Origin: Amoebidium appalachense
Lineage: Eukaryota > Protista > Ichthyosporea
Length of the DNA: 64,000 nt
Assembly (NCBI GenBank): GCA_963693365.1
Contig: CAVNZM010000001.1
Location: forward strand, 21,274,125-21,338,124
Direction: 5' to 3'
Shown one piece after another: positions 38,119 through 52,651 of this stretch; position 1 is the stretch's first letter; each line of letters begins with the position of its first letter. The notes beneath the pieces were generated by a model. It saw only the letters and a program-made list of their open reading frames with translations. It searched no databases and had not been told where the DNA came from. Position numbers and translations under genes: made by a program.

Positions 38119-40518
38119 CGCTTGCACACACATAAGCTTACAGGAGCACATGCGTATAGGCATGTGCTGTGTGAGCATATGTGCTTGTGAAGGCGCACCG
38201 TAGGTAGATGTAAACATGTATGTAAAAGATGTAAACGGGTAAACAGTGTGTGTGCAAATATCCGTGTGTACGTGTGTAATGGCTTGTTTATCGGCGTGTA
38301 CTTCAACGGTGCTCATGATTGGCGATGTGTACACTGAGTGGATATCGATGTGCTGCACGTGTGTGTGCCATGTGCAAGCAAATCCTGTACGCAGCGTCGA
38401 GTCGGTTTTTCTTTGGGGGGGAAAGGGGATGCACATCAGTGAGTTTAAAACCCTGTAGGTACAGTAAGGCACACAGGTGTTGCACTTCGTAGGGGTGTGT
38501 GGATTTTTCAATGTGCATGCCCCCACACCACTTCATAAGCCAACACATGATCACGTTTGTGGGTGTGTTAGGCATGCACCATCTCTACTTCTCTCTGTCG
38601 CTTTCAAAATCTGTGTGCAAGCTGGGTGGCTTAACCAGGTGTGCACGTGGCTTTGTGAACTTCAAGGGCAAGTCTATGTGCTGGGAAACCTGTGTGGAAC
38701 ATCAACAGGCCTAATAGAAGTTGAATTTGCATGTGAGAAGCCTAGTGTAGGCTGCATGTTCCACGAACACAATGTGGATACTATCAACCTACCTGTCATA
38801 ATGCCTAATCTGACCACAACGCGCAACCACACCAGCACATTTTACAACTGCAAAACAAAACACACCTGGAAAGCTGGAAGACACAGTGGCGGCCACAGAA
38901 CAACCTCCAAAATGTGGTTGTCGCGCACGTTTATGGATACAGGGCGGCAAGCTAACTTGTGGCAAGAGGAATGTCTAGCTCAAGCTTGGGGCCTAGTGGT
39001 GGTGTCTGAGAGAGCGAGAATGGTTTGGCTTGCTGCTCTGCACCAGGCCAGACGCAATTGCAAAAGACTAAAAGCACTGATGAGTTGATGTAGTATTCAG
39101 ACTGTACTGTTGCATTCAATATTGGACAGTATTGACAATATGTTAGGGTGCCTACTCCGCATCCGGCTTACAGACCTAGCCTACAGCCTTAAAAAAAAAA
39201 AAAAAGAATTATGAAATGACTGGGTTATTTAGAAGCCCAACCAGTCTTGAAGCTTGCTTGTAGGGGTCAGGCGGGGTACACCCGGATGCATGCTATTATG
39301 GGGTCACGTTTGGCCTCAGATCTCATTTGGATCCGATCATCCGATTGGATTCAAAGGCGGCAATGCCTGTCGATGGCGGCAAGGTCTGATTCGCGTGCAG
39401 AAGGTGGTGCGGAACACTATAACCACACTCAAGAGGGTAAGAAGCTCTGCAGCTCAAATTTACCTAAATTATAACTATTGTTTATTTATATTTTGTATTT
39501 GTATTACAAGGCATCAACTGTCTTTGAGTTGTGCGCTTTAGTCCTATGTAATTGCCTAAGCAAGTAGCGAAGACATTGGGTAATTGATCTGAATCATTGA
39601 TTTGCTTTTTATCATGCATCAACCATGGAACCAACAGAACGTACTTTCTATTGGATTTCATAACAAAGATCGCTGCATACTATTGGCATACCGATCTTTT
39701 CCTTGTTCCCAACGACAACCAATCAGCTCGAAAGGGGCTGCAATATTAGGAGTTTGGTACAGTGATGACGTCACTCCTGCCACGTGACATGCTCCCCCCG
39801 TGCACTAGCCTAAGGCCAGACACATCGCGTGCGTATGTACGAATGCAGATAGACCAGTGGTGTATACCTAATACAAAGCGTAGTTGGCTCACAATTGCAA
39901 GCGATTTGTGCCTATATATATGTGCACCTCGGATGCATTAAATCTCCGATGGGCCATGCATATGGGCCACATGCACGTCATGCCGGACAAGCACACCGCA
40001 CGTACACCGTTGAAGTTGAATCTGGCCAGCATGCACTGTGAGTGGCGCATACATTTGCCAGTACGTGGTGGCGGTGTCGCTGTGATCGATATACAGCTGT
40101 GACGCTGATTTCAGTGCAGCTAGCTGTCCATTCCATTCTCTGCAGCGTGATAATATGGTGCATGATATGTGTACATGTGTGCTGGTGGTGTTGCAGTCAC
40201 GGCGTGTTGCATGCATGGTAGTGACTGTGGCGATGTACAGGTGTTCACTGTGCATGCTGGCCATACGGTGGGAGTGTGGCAGCGTGTTGCATGCTTGTAT
40301 GGTCACTGTACATGTACATGTCTTTTATTTGTGTGAGTATGTGTGTCGGACAACAGCTGCATCATGGTAGTATGGATGAACGGTGTGTTTGGTTTGCAAT
40401 GCCATGTGTGGTGCGTTGTGCGTTGCTGGCGTAGGCACTAAGAGCAGTTGCTGAGTAGATGCGGAAAGTGGTGGTGGTGTGTGTGTGTGTGTGTGTGGGG
40501 TGGGTGGGTGGGGGGGGT

Positions 40519-40658
40519 TTTGAATGCGTCAAAAAGTACGAAGTACACAAGAACAAACGGATAACACGATGCAGAATGCAAGCCATACATAAAGAGTATG
40601 CATAATAAGCAGAGCCCATCCTCAGGGGGGGCCCACGTCATCCACAGTACCCGAGTTT
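40519..40658 (-). mobile_element. Copy of the G-run-associated short element, downstream of PRP19
   Basis: 140 bp identical to 8102-8241; G runs on both sides. Confidence 0.8.
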
Positions 40659-40981
40659 GGGGGGGGGGGGGGGAACTTCCAATACATCAAGCAAATGACC
40701 ATTGATCACGCAGCCGGAAACGGCCATGTTGTGGTTTCATAACAGTGTTTTATTATATCAGTGGCACAGTTCGTACACTTCGTCAGCATCGACGTGCGTA
40801 TGCCCGCCAAGCTGCCCTGCCCCGGCATGCCTCACTTTGGCCCTGCCCACGCAGGGCACGTGCATCCGTGCCCTTTGCAGCCGCCACATGGCATTGCCCT
40901 ATCTCACCCTGCCCCACCCCACACCCCGAGCCCCCAGCTGGGGTGCCGACCTACGTGCATGCTATGTACAAAGAAAGGAGA

Positions 40982-42960
40982 CTACATGGGGGCGGCACTC
41001 CACAGGCGCAGGGTGCGGTCCATGCTTGTGCTGGCCAGGTACTTTGCTGCCGGCCCAAACGCCAGGTCCGTGACCGTGGACGTGTGCTCCTGCAGCCGTG
41101 CAACCTCCTCCCACTGCTTGGCAACCACCACCCTGCATCCCAGGCCCGGCCCGTTAGTGGCCCGGCCCGAACAAACAGCATGAGCACACGGGAAAGCCTG
41201 CACGGCTCAGTAACCCAGAATGGCAACAGCGCCAACTACGGCTTCAGCAACACCTTAGTTTATCCTCCTCGCCGGCACACAGACATATGGACACCACAGG
41301 AAACATGGACACACGGCATGCATCACACGCACACCCGCACCCGCACCCGCACCCGCACGCACAAACACACACACATTACCTGATGTCCTTGCCGGCCAGA
41401 GCCAGATAGTTGCCGCTGTAGTCGAAGCGCACAGCGCGCAGGCCGTAGTCCGCGCCCAGGGTGATGGTGTGGAAGTTGAGCAGCTTGTTGCCCCGCAGGT
41501 CCCACAGCCGCACCGTGTTGTCCAGCGACGCCGTGGCCAGCTGGTAGCTGCAAAACACTCAGTGGGCAGTGACGGCAGGGGGGCATGCACGTGCAAGTAT
41601 GTGTGCAGTGTGTCTATGCTGATAGATGGGTGGGTGGGTGTGCCGACCACCTTTTTCTTTTTTCTTTTTTTTTTTTTTTTTTTTTTTTGGGGGGGGGGTT
41701 TGAATGCGTCATAAAGTACGAAGTACACAACATGAACAACGGATAACACCATGCAGAATGCAAACCATACATAAAGAGTATGCATGATAAGCAGAGCCCA
41801 TCCTTCGGGGGAGGGGGGGGGGGGGGGGGGGGGGGCTGCTTACCCATTCTCTGAGAAGGACATGTCGATCACGGGCCCCTGCCATGTGCCCACATGTTAG
41901 CACCTACCCCAGCCACCACGTGGCCACACACAGAAACATACCTCGTGGCCGGGGAAGTCAGCCATCGTCTTGCCCGTGAAGATGTCCACGATGTGCACGA
42001 GGTTGCTGTCGCAGGCCAGGCCCACCAGCAGGCCGTCGGGGTGTGTGCGTGCACAGTGGATGGCCGACTGCAAACACACGTGAGCCCTCGGTGTGCTCGG
42101 GGGGATGCCAACACAGGCACAACACGGGGGGAAGGACGGACATGGTGCACATGTGATCCCAGGGCATATGGGGAGAGTCAAGAGTGTAAAGGTGCCTCCA
42201 ACCACCCCTTGCTTGTGTGCACAGCCGTTGGCAGTGCCCGTTTGAACACCAAGGTACTAGAACAAGTCATTGCACAACCTCGGCCATCCCCCCCCCCCCC
42301 CCCCCTCCCCCCACACGCACAAGTACAACAGACGTGCCTTGCCCTTCCCCCAGCCGATCCCCCCTCCTCCCCCCCCCAAACTGTCTACCCCCTAACTCCC
42401 CCCATCCCCCCCGTCAACCTTCCCCTCCACCCACACACAGCACGTACGTCCTGTGGGGCAGCAAATGTGGCCAGGGTGCGGTGGGCCTGCAGGTCGTGCA
42501 TGGCCCAGCGACCGTCCAGGCCGGCCGACAGCAGCTGGCCACCTGTGGGGTGGACCTCGACCGTGGTGGCCTCCTTGCTGTGCGCCGCATACGTGTGCAG
42601 CGCCCCACTGTCCCCGCCGCCCAGCCCCCACACCTTGACCGTGCCGTCCCCACTGCAGCCCTCTGTCAGCACGGACACACACACACAAAGCAACAGCACA
42701 AGGAGGGCCACACACCTGGAGGTGAAGCCCACGTTCTTTGTGGGGTGGATGCGCACGTTGGTGATCTTCTTGATGTGGCCCTGGTACGTGCCCACTATCT
42801 GCTCCTTGCGCCAGTCGTACAGCACGGCCTTTTTATCGTTGCCCCCTGCACACACCCCCTCAGCAATCCATGTATTGCCAGTGTTGTGCGCACACACACC
42901 ATGTCATGCTGTGTACACACACACCAAGTCATGCTGTGCAAACACAGCACCTCATGCTGT

Positions 42961-43003
<43 letters not shown>

Positions 43004-44926
43004 CCATCCGCAACCTACGCTAAGCACACACACCCCTTCAGCCCACCTGTGAGGATGAGGTCCGAGTCTGACGGGTGCAGGGCCAGGCTTGTGATGCCCG
43101 GGGTGCTGGCACTGTGTGTGCCGCTGAAGCTGTGGGCCTGGCGGTAGGCCGCAACCTCCTCCCTGGCCACCACCTCCACGGGCTGCTTCTTTCGCTTCTT
43201 GCGCTGTGCCTGCAGCCTGCACCCGCCCGTCAGCACACACACAGCCGGCCCCGCACAGCTCAATTCAAATGGCCTTCCCTTCAACGAAAAGTCTTCGTGT
43301 CTCATGAACACACCCGTCCATGGTTGGAGGGGGCGCGGGGGGGGGGGGGATATAAAGGGCATAGAGGGACAGGGACGGCAGGTATGCGGCATGCACCCAA
43401 ACAGCGTGTGACCCCGCCCACACACAAAATATCGCCCAGGCCTGCCATGCCACCCCTTGCAACTAGATGCCAGCAACATGCACGTCCCCCACGTACTCTG
43501 TGGCGCGCTCTTTGATGCTCTCCTCGACCCCCTGTGGGATGCCCTCCTCCTCCTGCGCCTGCTCCACTGCTCCCCCCCACCGTCAGTCCCCCTCCTCCCC
43601 TCCCCCACCCAAAAAAAGGCACCCAGGGCAGGCACACACACCCTCCATGGCCTGGGGGGCCTCTTCTGCGCCGTTTGCCGCCCTAATGACGTGCTGGGGC
43701 ACACTGGCCAGCGAGGCCCGTGCCTCGTCCCTCTCTTTCATCAACCGTGCAATCACCCGACATGCAGCGTCATGTTGGTACAGACTGTGTGAAAGCTCCT
43801 GTCGTGTCTGTGGGGGTGCAAAGTCAGACCACATCACCACCGTGTTTGGCCATGTGAAGCGACTCTGCACCGAGCTACCTCCATTGAAACTCTAACCACA
43901 ACTGCACGGTCAACCAGGCAGAAAACCACCACACACTCAGTGACCAGGTGTTCTAAATCCTAAATAACCCTGCCTTCTCTAAATTCCCTATCTGGCAGGC
44001 AGGCAGGCAGGCACCTCTGCATATGATCGAATGTCAAGGGAAGGGGGGAACGTGTGAACTACAACTTTGAGGTCCACAGAAGCACTCAATAAAACTCAGG
44101 GCCGGGGTTCTTTTTTTGGGGGGGGGGGGGGGGGGGGGGGGAGGGGTGCATACTGTTTCGAGGGTCTTTTTCAACTGATAAGTCTCGAGCATTAATGCAT
44201 CCCACTCGTCCTGCATCATTTTGATCAACCCCGGTATACTGCAGGCGTTTGGCGGTCTTGGCTTGATAACCTTTTTAGCTGTGTTCCACAATGTCAGCAT
44301 CCCATCGTACCTTATCCCCCCCCCCCCCCCCCTCCCCCCTCCCCCCCCCCCCCAAAAAAAATGCCAGGTAGCACGCAGCAGCCACGGGGGCACCTACTCT
44401 GCACGGCAATAAGGTCCTCCTCGGCCAGGGGCTGGCCGTTGGTCGGGTCCGTGCCATTCTGTGCAATGTACTTCTCCACTAGCCGCCGCTCAAACACGTG
44501 GCCGGACACCTTGGACACCACCGGGTGCTCGGGCACCTCGCCCGACACTGTGCGGGCACAGCGTGAGAAAGAGCACCAGTTGAAAGTGGCCACCCCTTAC
44601 TCCCTCACTCCCGCCCCAAGCTAGCTGCCAACCAGAAGCCTCCAGGCCCACGTCCTATAGGCCTACACATACTCTTAATACAAGAGTAACGAGCGAAATT
44701 CTCCTACCAAGTCTGCAATTGCAACTCTTTGTTCCCACCAAGCCATCTATCCAAGCCAGACTCAAGCATCTGAGTGGAGGTAGCACAAAACGGCCGCCCT
44801 AGCCTAACCGTGGGGGTCAAGGATGCCTCTATTGTGAAAAGAGACAGCCTTGGCGCCTGCAAACGGCGGATGGGACATGGATGAGGCCAGATGGGGCGGA
44901 TACGCACAGGCGCAAACCAGACTCAT
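40982..44926 (-). CDS. PRP19: Pre-mRNA-processing factor 19 (U-box, coiled coil, WD40). 12 exons: 44926-44908, 44547-44398, 44278-44153, 43807-43642, 43566-43497, 43216-43047, 42845-42716, 42652-42448, 42067-41942, 41878-41844, 41547-41380, 41132-40982
   Basis: [34 protein letters not shown] (U-box), [40 protein letters not shown], then WD repeats including FSENGYQLATAS and FDYSGNYLA. All junctions are GT-AG and in phase. Confidence 0.96.
41699..41806 (-). mobile_element. Truncated variant copy of the G-run-associated element (PRP19 intron)
   Basis: Starts GGG-TTTGAATGCGTCATAAAGTACGAAG and ends at the element's internal G run. Confidence 0.78.
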
Positions 44927-44929
44927 CGT

Positions 44930-45130
44930 GTCTGTCTCTGCTTTTTTTCGTTTTTTCTTTCTTTTTTTTTTTGTGCCGTTGGGTTTGGGTGAACTGATGT
45001 TGCCGCCAAATTCTTTGGTGAGCGGCTGTACAAGATCTGAACATCCGATTGGCTCTAAACAGCGAATAGGAATAGGAAGTTATAGCCCATTTATAGTCTG
45101 GAGATCGTCGCCCCTATTGCACCAATACAC
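44930..45130. promoter_or_regulatory. Probable PRP19 promoter / 5' region, possibly bidirectional
   Basis: Repeat-free segment just upstream of the PRP19 ATG with ATTGG (45048) and CCAAT (45122). Similar repeat-free zones lie upstream of KANSL1 (13200-13700), the lyase gene (59700-60300) and the claudin-like gene (63290-63360). Confidence 0.4.
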
Positions 45131-45940
45131 TTTTGAGTCACTTCGCCATGCACGGACACGAGTGACGGTCCCTTCATCCCTTCTCTGCACAACTAAGGCA
45201 ACCCCCTCTCCCTCCACCCTTCTCCCTTCCCTCCACCCCCCTGATCACCCCGGACAGGTCACAATCATGGAGGAAAAGAGACATTCTATCCGATGTTTTT
45301 GCCGTTCCTATTCCATCCACCTTGTGGGCGGCAGTTGCCCGTACGTCAGATACGGTGACATGGGGGAAGCGGCCAGGTATGGTAGGGCTGTGTGGTTGTG
45401 GCACTGTGTGCACGTGGTGGGATGTGTTGTAGCAGCTGGGCTGCGGTGGTGGTGGATGGGCACTGTGTGTGTAAACATAGGGCCACATGTACATGTGGCC
45501 ATATGCATACACACATTAGTCACGTTGAGTGCTGTCTCCCTGCGGCCCGGCTCAACATACCTTGTATGTTGCGGCAGGCGACAGTCACTAGACAAAGTGT
45601 CTGATTGCGCAAACAAATTTACATCAACAGCAGATGGTTGGTTAAAAGTCGCAATAACAATTTAAAGCCGCGTTCCTACTGCCCAACAACAAAATTGCGG
45701 AAGCGCTCCTATTGCCCATCAGAAGTACGGAAGCGTTCCTATTGCCCATCAGGAAAATAAACTTTAATAAAGCGTTCCGATTGCCCATCAGAATTACATA
45801 GACCCGGCTGGAGACGTCCCGCCAGCCACTTACGTAAGCCCGTGGGTACATAACCTTGGAGACTATACACACACATATGTATTGACACCCATCCACCGGC
45901 AGCACCTTCAGGAAAATTTAATTGTACTGGGGGGGGGGGA

Positions 45941-45976
<36 letters not shown>

Positions 45977-47395
45977 AGAAAAAAAATTCGGGGAAAAAAA
46001 AAGAAAAAAAACCCCCCCCCCCCCCCCCCCCCCCCCCCCACCACCACCACCACTAATAATATTTAAAAAAATGGCGTCTGCGGCTGTGCATGCCCGTGTG
46101 CAACCCAGCTGCTACGTGTAATCAGACGGTGTGCATATTTATTGTGTATCATAATGATTATGGGCCTGCGTGTCGCTCGTTTCTGTGCAAGTTTTCACTT
46201 CTGTTTTATGGTGTTGTGCTTGTGTGACGTGTGTCTACAACACACCAAGGGATGACCCGGGCCGGCCGGCCGGCTGAGCCAGTCCCTGCAAATAGTACTA
46301 GTAGTGGTGTGTTGCTGTGAGGCCATTTCCAATGGGCGTGGAGACATGTACGGTGGGCTGCTACTTGGTGGTCGTGATGGTTGTTGGGGTCTCACTCTCC
46401 AGCAACGCAGCTGAGCGGAGGCGTCTTCATACGTTGCATATTAGTACCATGCGGGGATAAGGCCTTTATTCTTGAACAACTGCCGAGAGCCAAACCCCCC
46501 CCCCCCCCCCTCCCTCCCCCCCCCCCCCCCCCCCCCCGGCCAGTCCCCAGTAGTTTAACAAGCTGGCTGCGCCCCACAACGGCCGGACAGAAATTTGGAG
46601 AAATCAAGTTAATCAACCTCCCCCCCCCCCCTCCTTTCACAGGCTGCCATCAGAACCCCGGCCCCCCTCCCCCCTTCCCCTGCCCCCATCCCCTTCCCTC
46701 TTCCCTGCCAGTTTCAGCGGTTCTTCCCCTAGTACCCCCTCCCCAGCCTCATATGTCCTATCCGCCGCAATGTATACATGTTGATGGATAGTTCAACGCT
46801 TGCACCCATTAGTTCTAAGTAGTAGCCGCAGTATAATGAAAAGTACCCAACCACGTCAGCACAGAACTATTCTGCCTTTTGCAAAATACTGCTGCTTGTA
46901 CCAAACAAGTGGGATCTTCAACGGTTGTTGGTGATGATAGGTTTGCTGACAGCAGACTAAAATCCTGCATTTTCAGGAATAACCTACCTTTACTAAATCT
47001 AGAACACTGAATGCTGCTCGCGGCCAGATAGTTAGGCTGCCAACAGCAGGTAAACCCTGCTCAAGCCGAATATAGTTCTGCTTAATCTTGCTCTACGGCT
47101 TTGCAGAATAAATAGTTTTGCTTCTGAAGAATATTTTTATACTCTGGTGTAAATATTCTTGGAGCAGCCTGTAACCGTTTACACTTCACTATGGCCCACC
47201 TTTTTTTCCTTTGATTGTGCGGGGAGAGGGGGGGAGAGGGGGGGGGGGAGGGGGGGGGAGTGGGGGGGGGAGGGGGGTGGGCAGAGTAATACAGCTTGCC
47301 GCAAGCTTTGTTCGGCCATTTGATTGGGTCCTTCCACATTCGTGCCCAAAATCAGCACAGATACCGTCTGCCTTAAAAAACCTCCAAAATGTGCC

Positions 47396-47437
<42 letters not shown>

Positions 47438-47494
47438 TCTTAAAATTTTGGACGATCGGGGTCACGATCTTATTGGCCGGGGTCCCGAGGGGAA

Positions 47495-47541
<47 letters not shown>

Positions 47542-47940
47542 ACAAACACATATCTGCCACAAAGCACTTGCATTCGCAACCCCATTTTTAAACAGGAACC
47601 ACTGGTACGCAAAACCCTCCTTTGACATGACATGGAAAAGAGTACTCTTATTAGTAAACGTTATGGATATGTGTAAGCAGCTTCCCGTCATTTTGTCATG
47701 CATGATTATCCATGATCCAGCATGATTTTTCATCCATCCGTTATTAACATCATCTCGAAATCTGGCCGCAGGGCATCATCATAAAAAACCCCATATTGCC
47801 GGGGGCGAAATCTTAATGGCGGTATATCTTAATGGCGGACAGTATCCCAAGAGCCTCCTCCTCCTCTTCCTCCCCCCCCTCCCCCCCCCCCCTCTCTCCC
47901 TCACCCCCTTTCCGGCCCCTTGCCCCCCGTCCCCCCAACG

Positions 47941-47985
<45 letters not shown>

Positions 47986-48405
47986 ACCCCAGCTCCCGCC
48001 TAGTGATTTTTTTTCCCTGGGGGGGGGAAAGGGGGGGGAGAGGGGGGTGGGGGAGGTGGCGCTACAACCGGTGGCACACAGACATGTGGACTCTACTATC
48101 TTCCAAGGCGTTGATGGCTTTGGGTGCACTGGGTTGGCACTAGCACACCCACGCAGGCCCTTAAACTATCTGTCACATGATTGGGTCGTGTAATCTCTGG
48201 CCGCCATAGCACATGCACACGCAAACTCCCCCATAGCACATGCAAACTCCCCCCCCCCCCCCCTCCCTCCCCCCCCCCTCCCCCCCCCCCCCCCTCCCCC
48301 CCCCCCCCCCTTTGGCGCCCCTTGCCCCCCCTTTTGTGGCCCCCTCCCTTACCTGGCCCTTGCGGTTCTACTTGATGCACACATTGAGCAGTGCCCAAAC
48401 TCAGG

Positions 48406-48438
<33 letters not shown>

Positions 48439-50093
48439 CTCACTGCAGTGCCACATGTGTGCACACACCACAAGAGTGCTTGGATGTGTGACCCACCCCA
48501 GGACTGCTTTGTTGCACGAGATGTTGAATCTACACGGTGTTACATCAACCGCTGTGTCAATCTGCCAGACAGAACATAGCTGAATGATGCACCGCACACC
48601 CTCAACAAACGCACCCTCCCTCCCAGACACGCACACGGCTGCTGCATGTTGAAGTGGCTGTCTCGTATGCAGAGAGAGAGAGTGGTGGCTCCCGGTGGCT
48701 GGTGCCACCCTGGCCACACGGTATGGATTAAGAGGCTAAAAAAAAAAAAAAAAAAAAAAAAGTGATAAAGTCACAACTTGGGCCGGGGTAGGCCCCGGGA
48801 GATCTCGAGGTGTGTGTGTGTGTGTGGGGGGGGGGGTGGTGGGGGGAGGGGGGAGGGTGGAGGGTAGGGTGCCCGGGGGATGGGGGAGGGGGTAGGAAGG
48901 GGGCAGAAGCAGGGCGGCAGCGGCAGCAGAGAGTGGGGGAGATGGGCGAGGGGGGGGGGGGGGGGGGAGGAGGGATGGGCATCCCCTGCCCCCCCCACTG
49001 GCTTACCTCTGCCGCCTCCTCCCAGCTACCCAACTACCATCCCCCCCCCTCCCCCCCCCCCCCAATTTCTCAATGGGACCCGCCTTCCCCCTCGGTCCTT
49101 CTACCTAGGCTACTGAACCACCACCTCCCCCCCCCGGCCCCTCTCCCTCCCCGGCACACATACCCTTGTTGTTATTCAACACTGCCCTCCAGACATGGAA
49201 ACTGTTTAAGTGTGCTGCTTATAGTTGGGGTCATGAGAATTTGCACAAGCCTTGGGCTTACAGCTGCCACCTCCTGTCTGTCTGTGGCTTATAGCTAAAA
49301 CCTCGTAACGGGGTTGGGGGGGGGGGGGGGGAGGGGGGGAGGGGGGGGGGGGGGAGAGGGAGTTGGGGGGGGGGGGGGGGGAGGGGGCGGGGGGAAGAGG
49401 GAGTTGGGGGGGGGAGGGGGGACAAGGAATAGGGTTGGGGGTTGGAGGCTGTATTCATGGTTGGGTGGTGGGCTGCAGCGCTTGGGCTTGCAATAGGGTT
49501 AGGTGGCTCTATAGGTCATACTCGAAAGAGAAAGGAGGCAGTAGGGGAGTGGTTCTTCGCCCAATAGCAACGGAAATGGGTGTATATTGGTGTGTGGGAG
49601 GTGGGGGGAGGGAGGAGGGGAGGGAGGGGGGATAGGTGGGGAGTGGTGGTGAGGAGGAGGGGGCTGGAGAAGTGGGGGGGGGGGGGGGGGGGAAGGGGGA
49701 GGAGGGGGGAGGGGTATGCGCACTGATTAGGCCCAAAGCTTTGTAAGTAACACCTTCATGCCATGTGACTCGTGACGATGCCAGCAAGCACCTCATGTGG
49801 GGCAGGTGCCCACCATTCAAAGACTGCCCTTTGGGGGAAACACGTTTTAAGATGAAAAGGGGAGTGGTAAAAGAAGTGAACTGATATGAGGAATGTATCG
49901 GCCCAGAGGCAGGTGGTTGCTTGGACGTGCACAGTCGTACACTTCATCTGTTCAGTCCCCCTCAGGCCCTCCTCCTTACTTGCTTGGGCCCTGTGTTGCT
50001 GGGCTGGGTAGGGGTGATGATTTGGAACCAGCCCTTATATGGAGGCCCCATCATGGGAAGGGCTGGTGGGCAGGCAGGTGGAAGGGCTGAGAA

Positions 50094-50131
<38 letters not shown>

Positions 50132-50932
50132 GGGGGGGGGGGGAAAGAAAGGGGGGGATGAAGGAGAGGAGGGGGAAGGTGAGTGGGAAGAGGTAAGAGA
50201 AGGTTGGGTTGGGGTAAGGGGGGGGGGGGGGGGAGGGGCTGTGCAGGAATACTGGTGCAATGGTCGCATGGTTGTTAATCGACAAGGCACAAGCATGGAA
50301 AGAGCCAATAGGAATAGGTCAGGTGCATATGGCCACAACACCAATCAAATTTGGCGATGATACCAATCTCCCATTGTGATTGGCTGACACCCTGGCCCAA
50401 TAGCTAAAGTGCGGCTGAAAATCAGTGATTGGACCAGCACAAACGAATAAGCCGCCTGTGTGCGTGTCTGCGGTAGGGACATGGTGCATATAATAGTTCA
50501 TGTGAGTGTGTGAAGTAGAAACGTGTGCGTAGATCTGTGTTAGGTAGCCACATGGGGCATGTGTGTGTTGATATGTGGGACAAAGATGTGTAGAGCCGTG
50601 TGTGTGAGGTAGGCATGTAGTGCATTCGTGTGTGAGGTAAGGATATAGTGTATGTGTTTGTATGTTCTAGGTAGATAGGTGGTGCCCACATGTATTTATG
50701 AGGTGGGCCTATGTGCATATATATGTGTATGGGACACTTGAACATACGAGGTTATGTGTGTATGAGGTGGGAATAGTGCACGGTATATGAGGATGGAGCA
50801 TGTATGTACACGTGTCTGTGTGTTATGGGTATATGAGCACACATGTGCTTGTGACGTAGATATATGCGCATATATGTGTGTGGAGGGTAGGTATGTGGAC
50901 ATGTGTGTGGGGTCACGTAGCGCGCGTGAGCC

Positions 50933-51135
50933 TGTGTGTGTGAAAGATAGGCATATAGGCCACATGTGTGTGTGAAAGATAGGCATATAGGCCACATGTG
51001 TGTGTGAAAGATAGGCATATAGGCCACATGTGTGTGTGAAAGATAGGCATATAGGCCACATGTGTGTGTGAAAGATAGGCATATAGGCCACATGTGTGTG
51101 TGAAAGATAGGCATATAGGCCACATGTGTGTGTGT
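50933..51135. repeat. 32 bp perfect minisatellite (~6 copies)
   Basis: Unit GTGTGTGTGAAAGATAGGCATATAGGCCACAT. Confidence 0.95.
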
Positions 51136-51840
51136 GGTGTAGGCATTGTCTGATATGTGTTTCAGAGCAAAACATGGAGTGCATGTGTGTGGTAGGGTCT
51201 AGTCCTCTCCCCCAGCAGGCCCCCTCTTGTCCTTGGCAGCACACATGCACTCCAGCTTTAACCCTGCAAGTCCCCCCCCCCCCCCTCCCCCCTCTCCCGC
51301 CCCCCTCCCCCCTCCCCATCTACCGCTGCTCCCTCTTCTCCCCCCCTCCCCCCCCCCCCACCACGGTCACGTGCCCACCCCCTACCCGCACTTACCTCCA
51401 CACTCCTTAACCCTCACAGCTGCCGGGCCATTGCATCACTGCACCTCCCTATTTAGCAAGTACCCCTGGCCCCCGCCTCCCCTCCCCGCTCCAACCCTCC
51501 AACCCCTCCCACATTCACAATTTGCACCCCCTCCCCCCTCCATCCCCAGATCCTGTCTATCACAAGTACCCGCTCACTCACGCTATGTACACACAACCAT
51601 GTGCACCCATGCTGCTGGGGGTTAAGGCATGGGGCCACCAGATGACCAGGGGGGCACTTCAAACATGCACTGGCTGACTCACGACAACAGGGCAACAGCA
51701 GCCCACCATCAGACTCGAGAGAGAAGGTCAACTTCATGCCTCTCTTCCCCTGCTCAGATGCACCCAAGCATGGGATACGGCCCACACCCACACGAGGACA
51801 TCTAGACCGTGTGCCCTGGAAGGTCCAGGGGGCCCAATGC

Positions 51841-52004
51841 TACATAGGGACAAAAAGTGATAACCCCGGGACGGGTCCCGGAACGATTAATCTGAAATTC
51901 GTCGGTCTAATTGGGCCCACAAATACCTTTTAGAAATTTGAGCGGTTTGATTGGGACCGCAAATCCCTTTTTAAATTTTTGGGTTATCACTAGTTCGCCA
52001 GATG
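51841..52004. mobile_element. Shorter, inverted relative of the 2462-2989 MITE
   Basis: The ends TACATAGGGACAAAAAGTGATAACCC and GGGTTATCACTAGTTCGCCAGATG match the reverse complements of the two ends of the 2462-2989 element. Confidence 0.62.
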
Positions 52005-52182
52005 ATAAAACAGGATTTTGCCCCCCTCCCCCCCCACCCCCGCCCTCTTTCCGTGGTGACGGTTCAAGCAAACTGCGGCAGTGCTGTGTGTGTCTGTGTG
52101 TGTGTGTGTGGGGGGGGGGAGGGGGGTGGGGGGGGACGAAGATGTAATGTTTGCATTGGGGAGTGGAGGGAGGGGACGGGGC

Positions 52183-52214
<32 letters not shown>

Positions 52215-52401
52215 ATTTGCACGAGCGGTGTGTTGCCCTTGCATGCTCAGTGGTTTTTTCTCTTCCCCGACGATGTTTCAAAAAGGATGTATCTTTTTTG
52301 TGGGGGGGGGAAGGGGAGGGGGGAGGGAGGGGGGAGGAAGGGGTGGAAGGGGGGGTGGGGGGTGGGGGGGCATGTGCGCTGTGTGTATGTGTGTGTGTGT
52401 G

Positions 52402-52437
<36 letters not shown>

Positions 52438-52459
52438 TGCACGTGTGTGCTTGTGCACA

Positions 52460-52526
<67 letters not shown>

Positions 52527-52598
52527 GTGTGTGTGTTGGGTGTGCGTGCATGTGTGTGTGTGTGTGTGTGTGTGCACGTGTGTGCGTGTGCACACGTG

Positions 52599-52651
<53 letters not shown>

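Noticed and set aside
38477-39088. 203 aa plus-strand ORF
   Set aside because: No ATG start, no motif and no GC3 bias; more likely part of the spherulin 5' UTR or upstream region.
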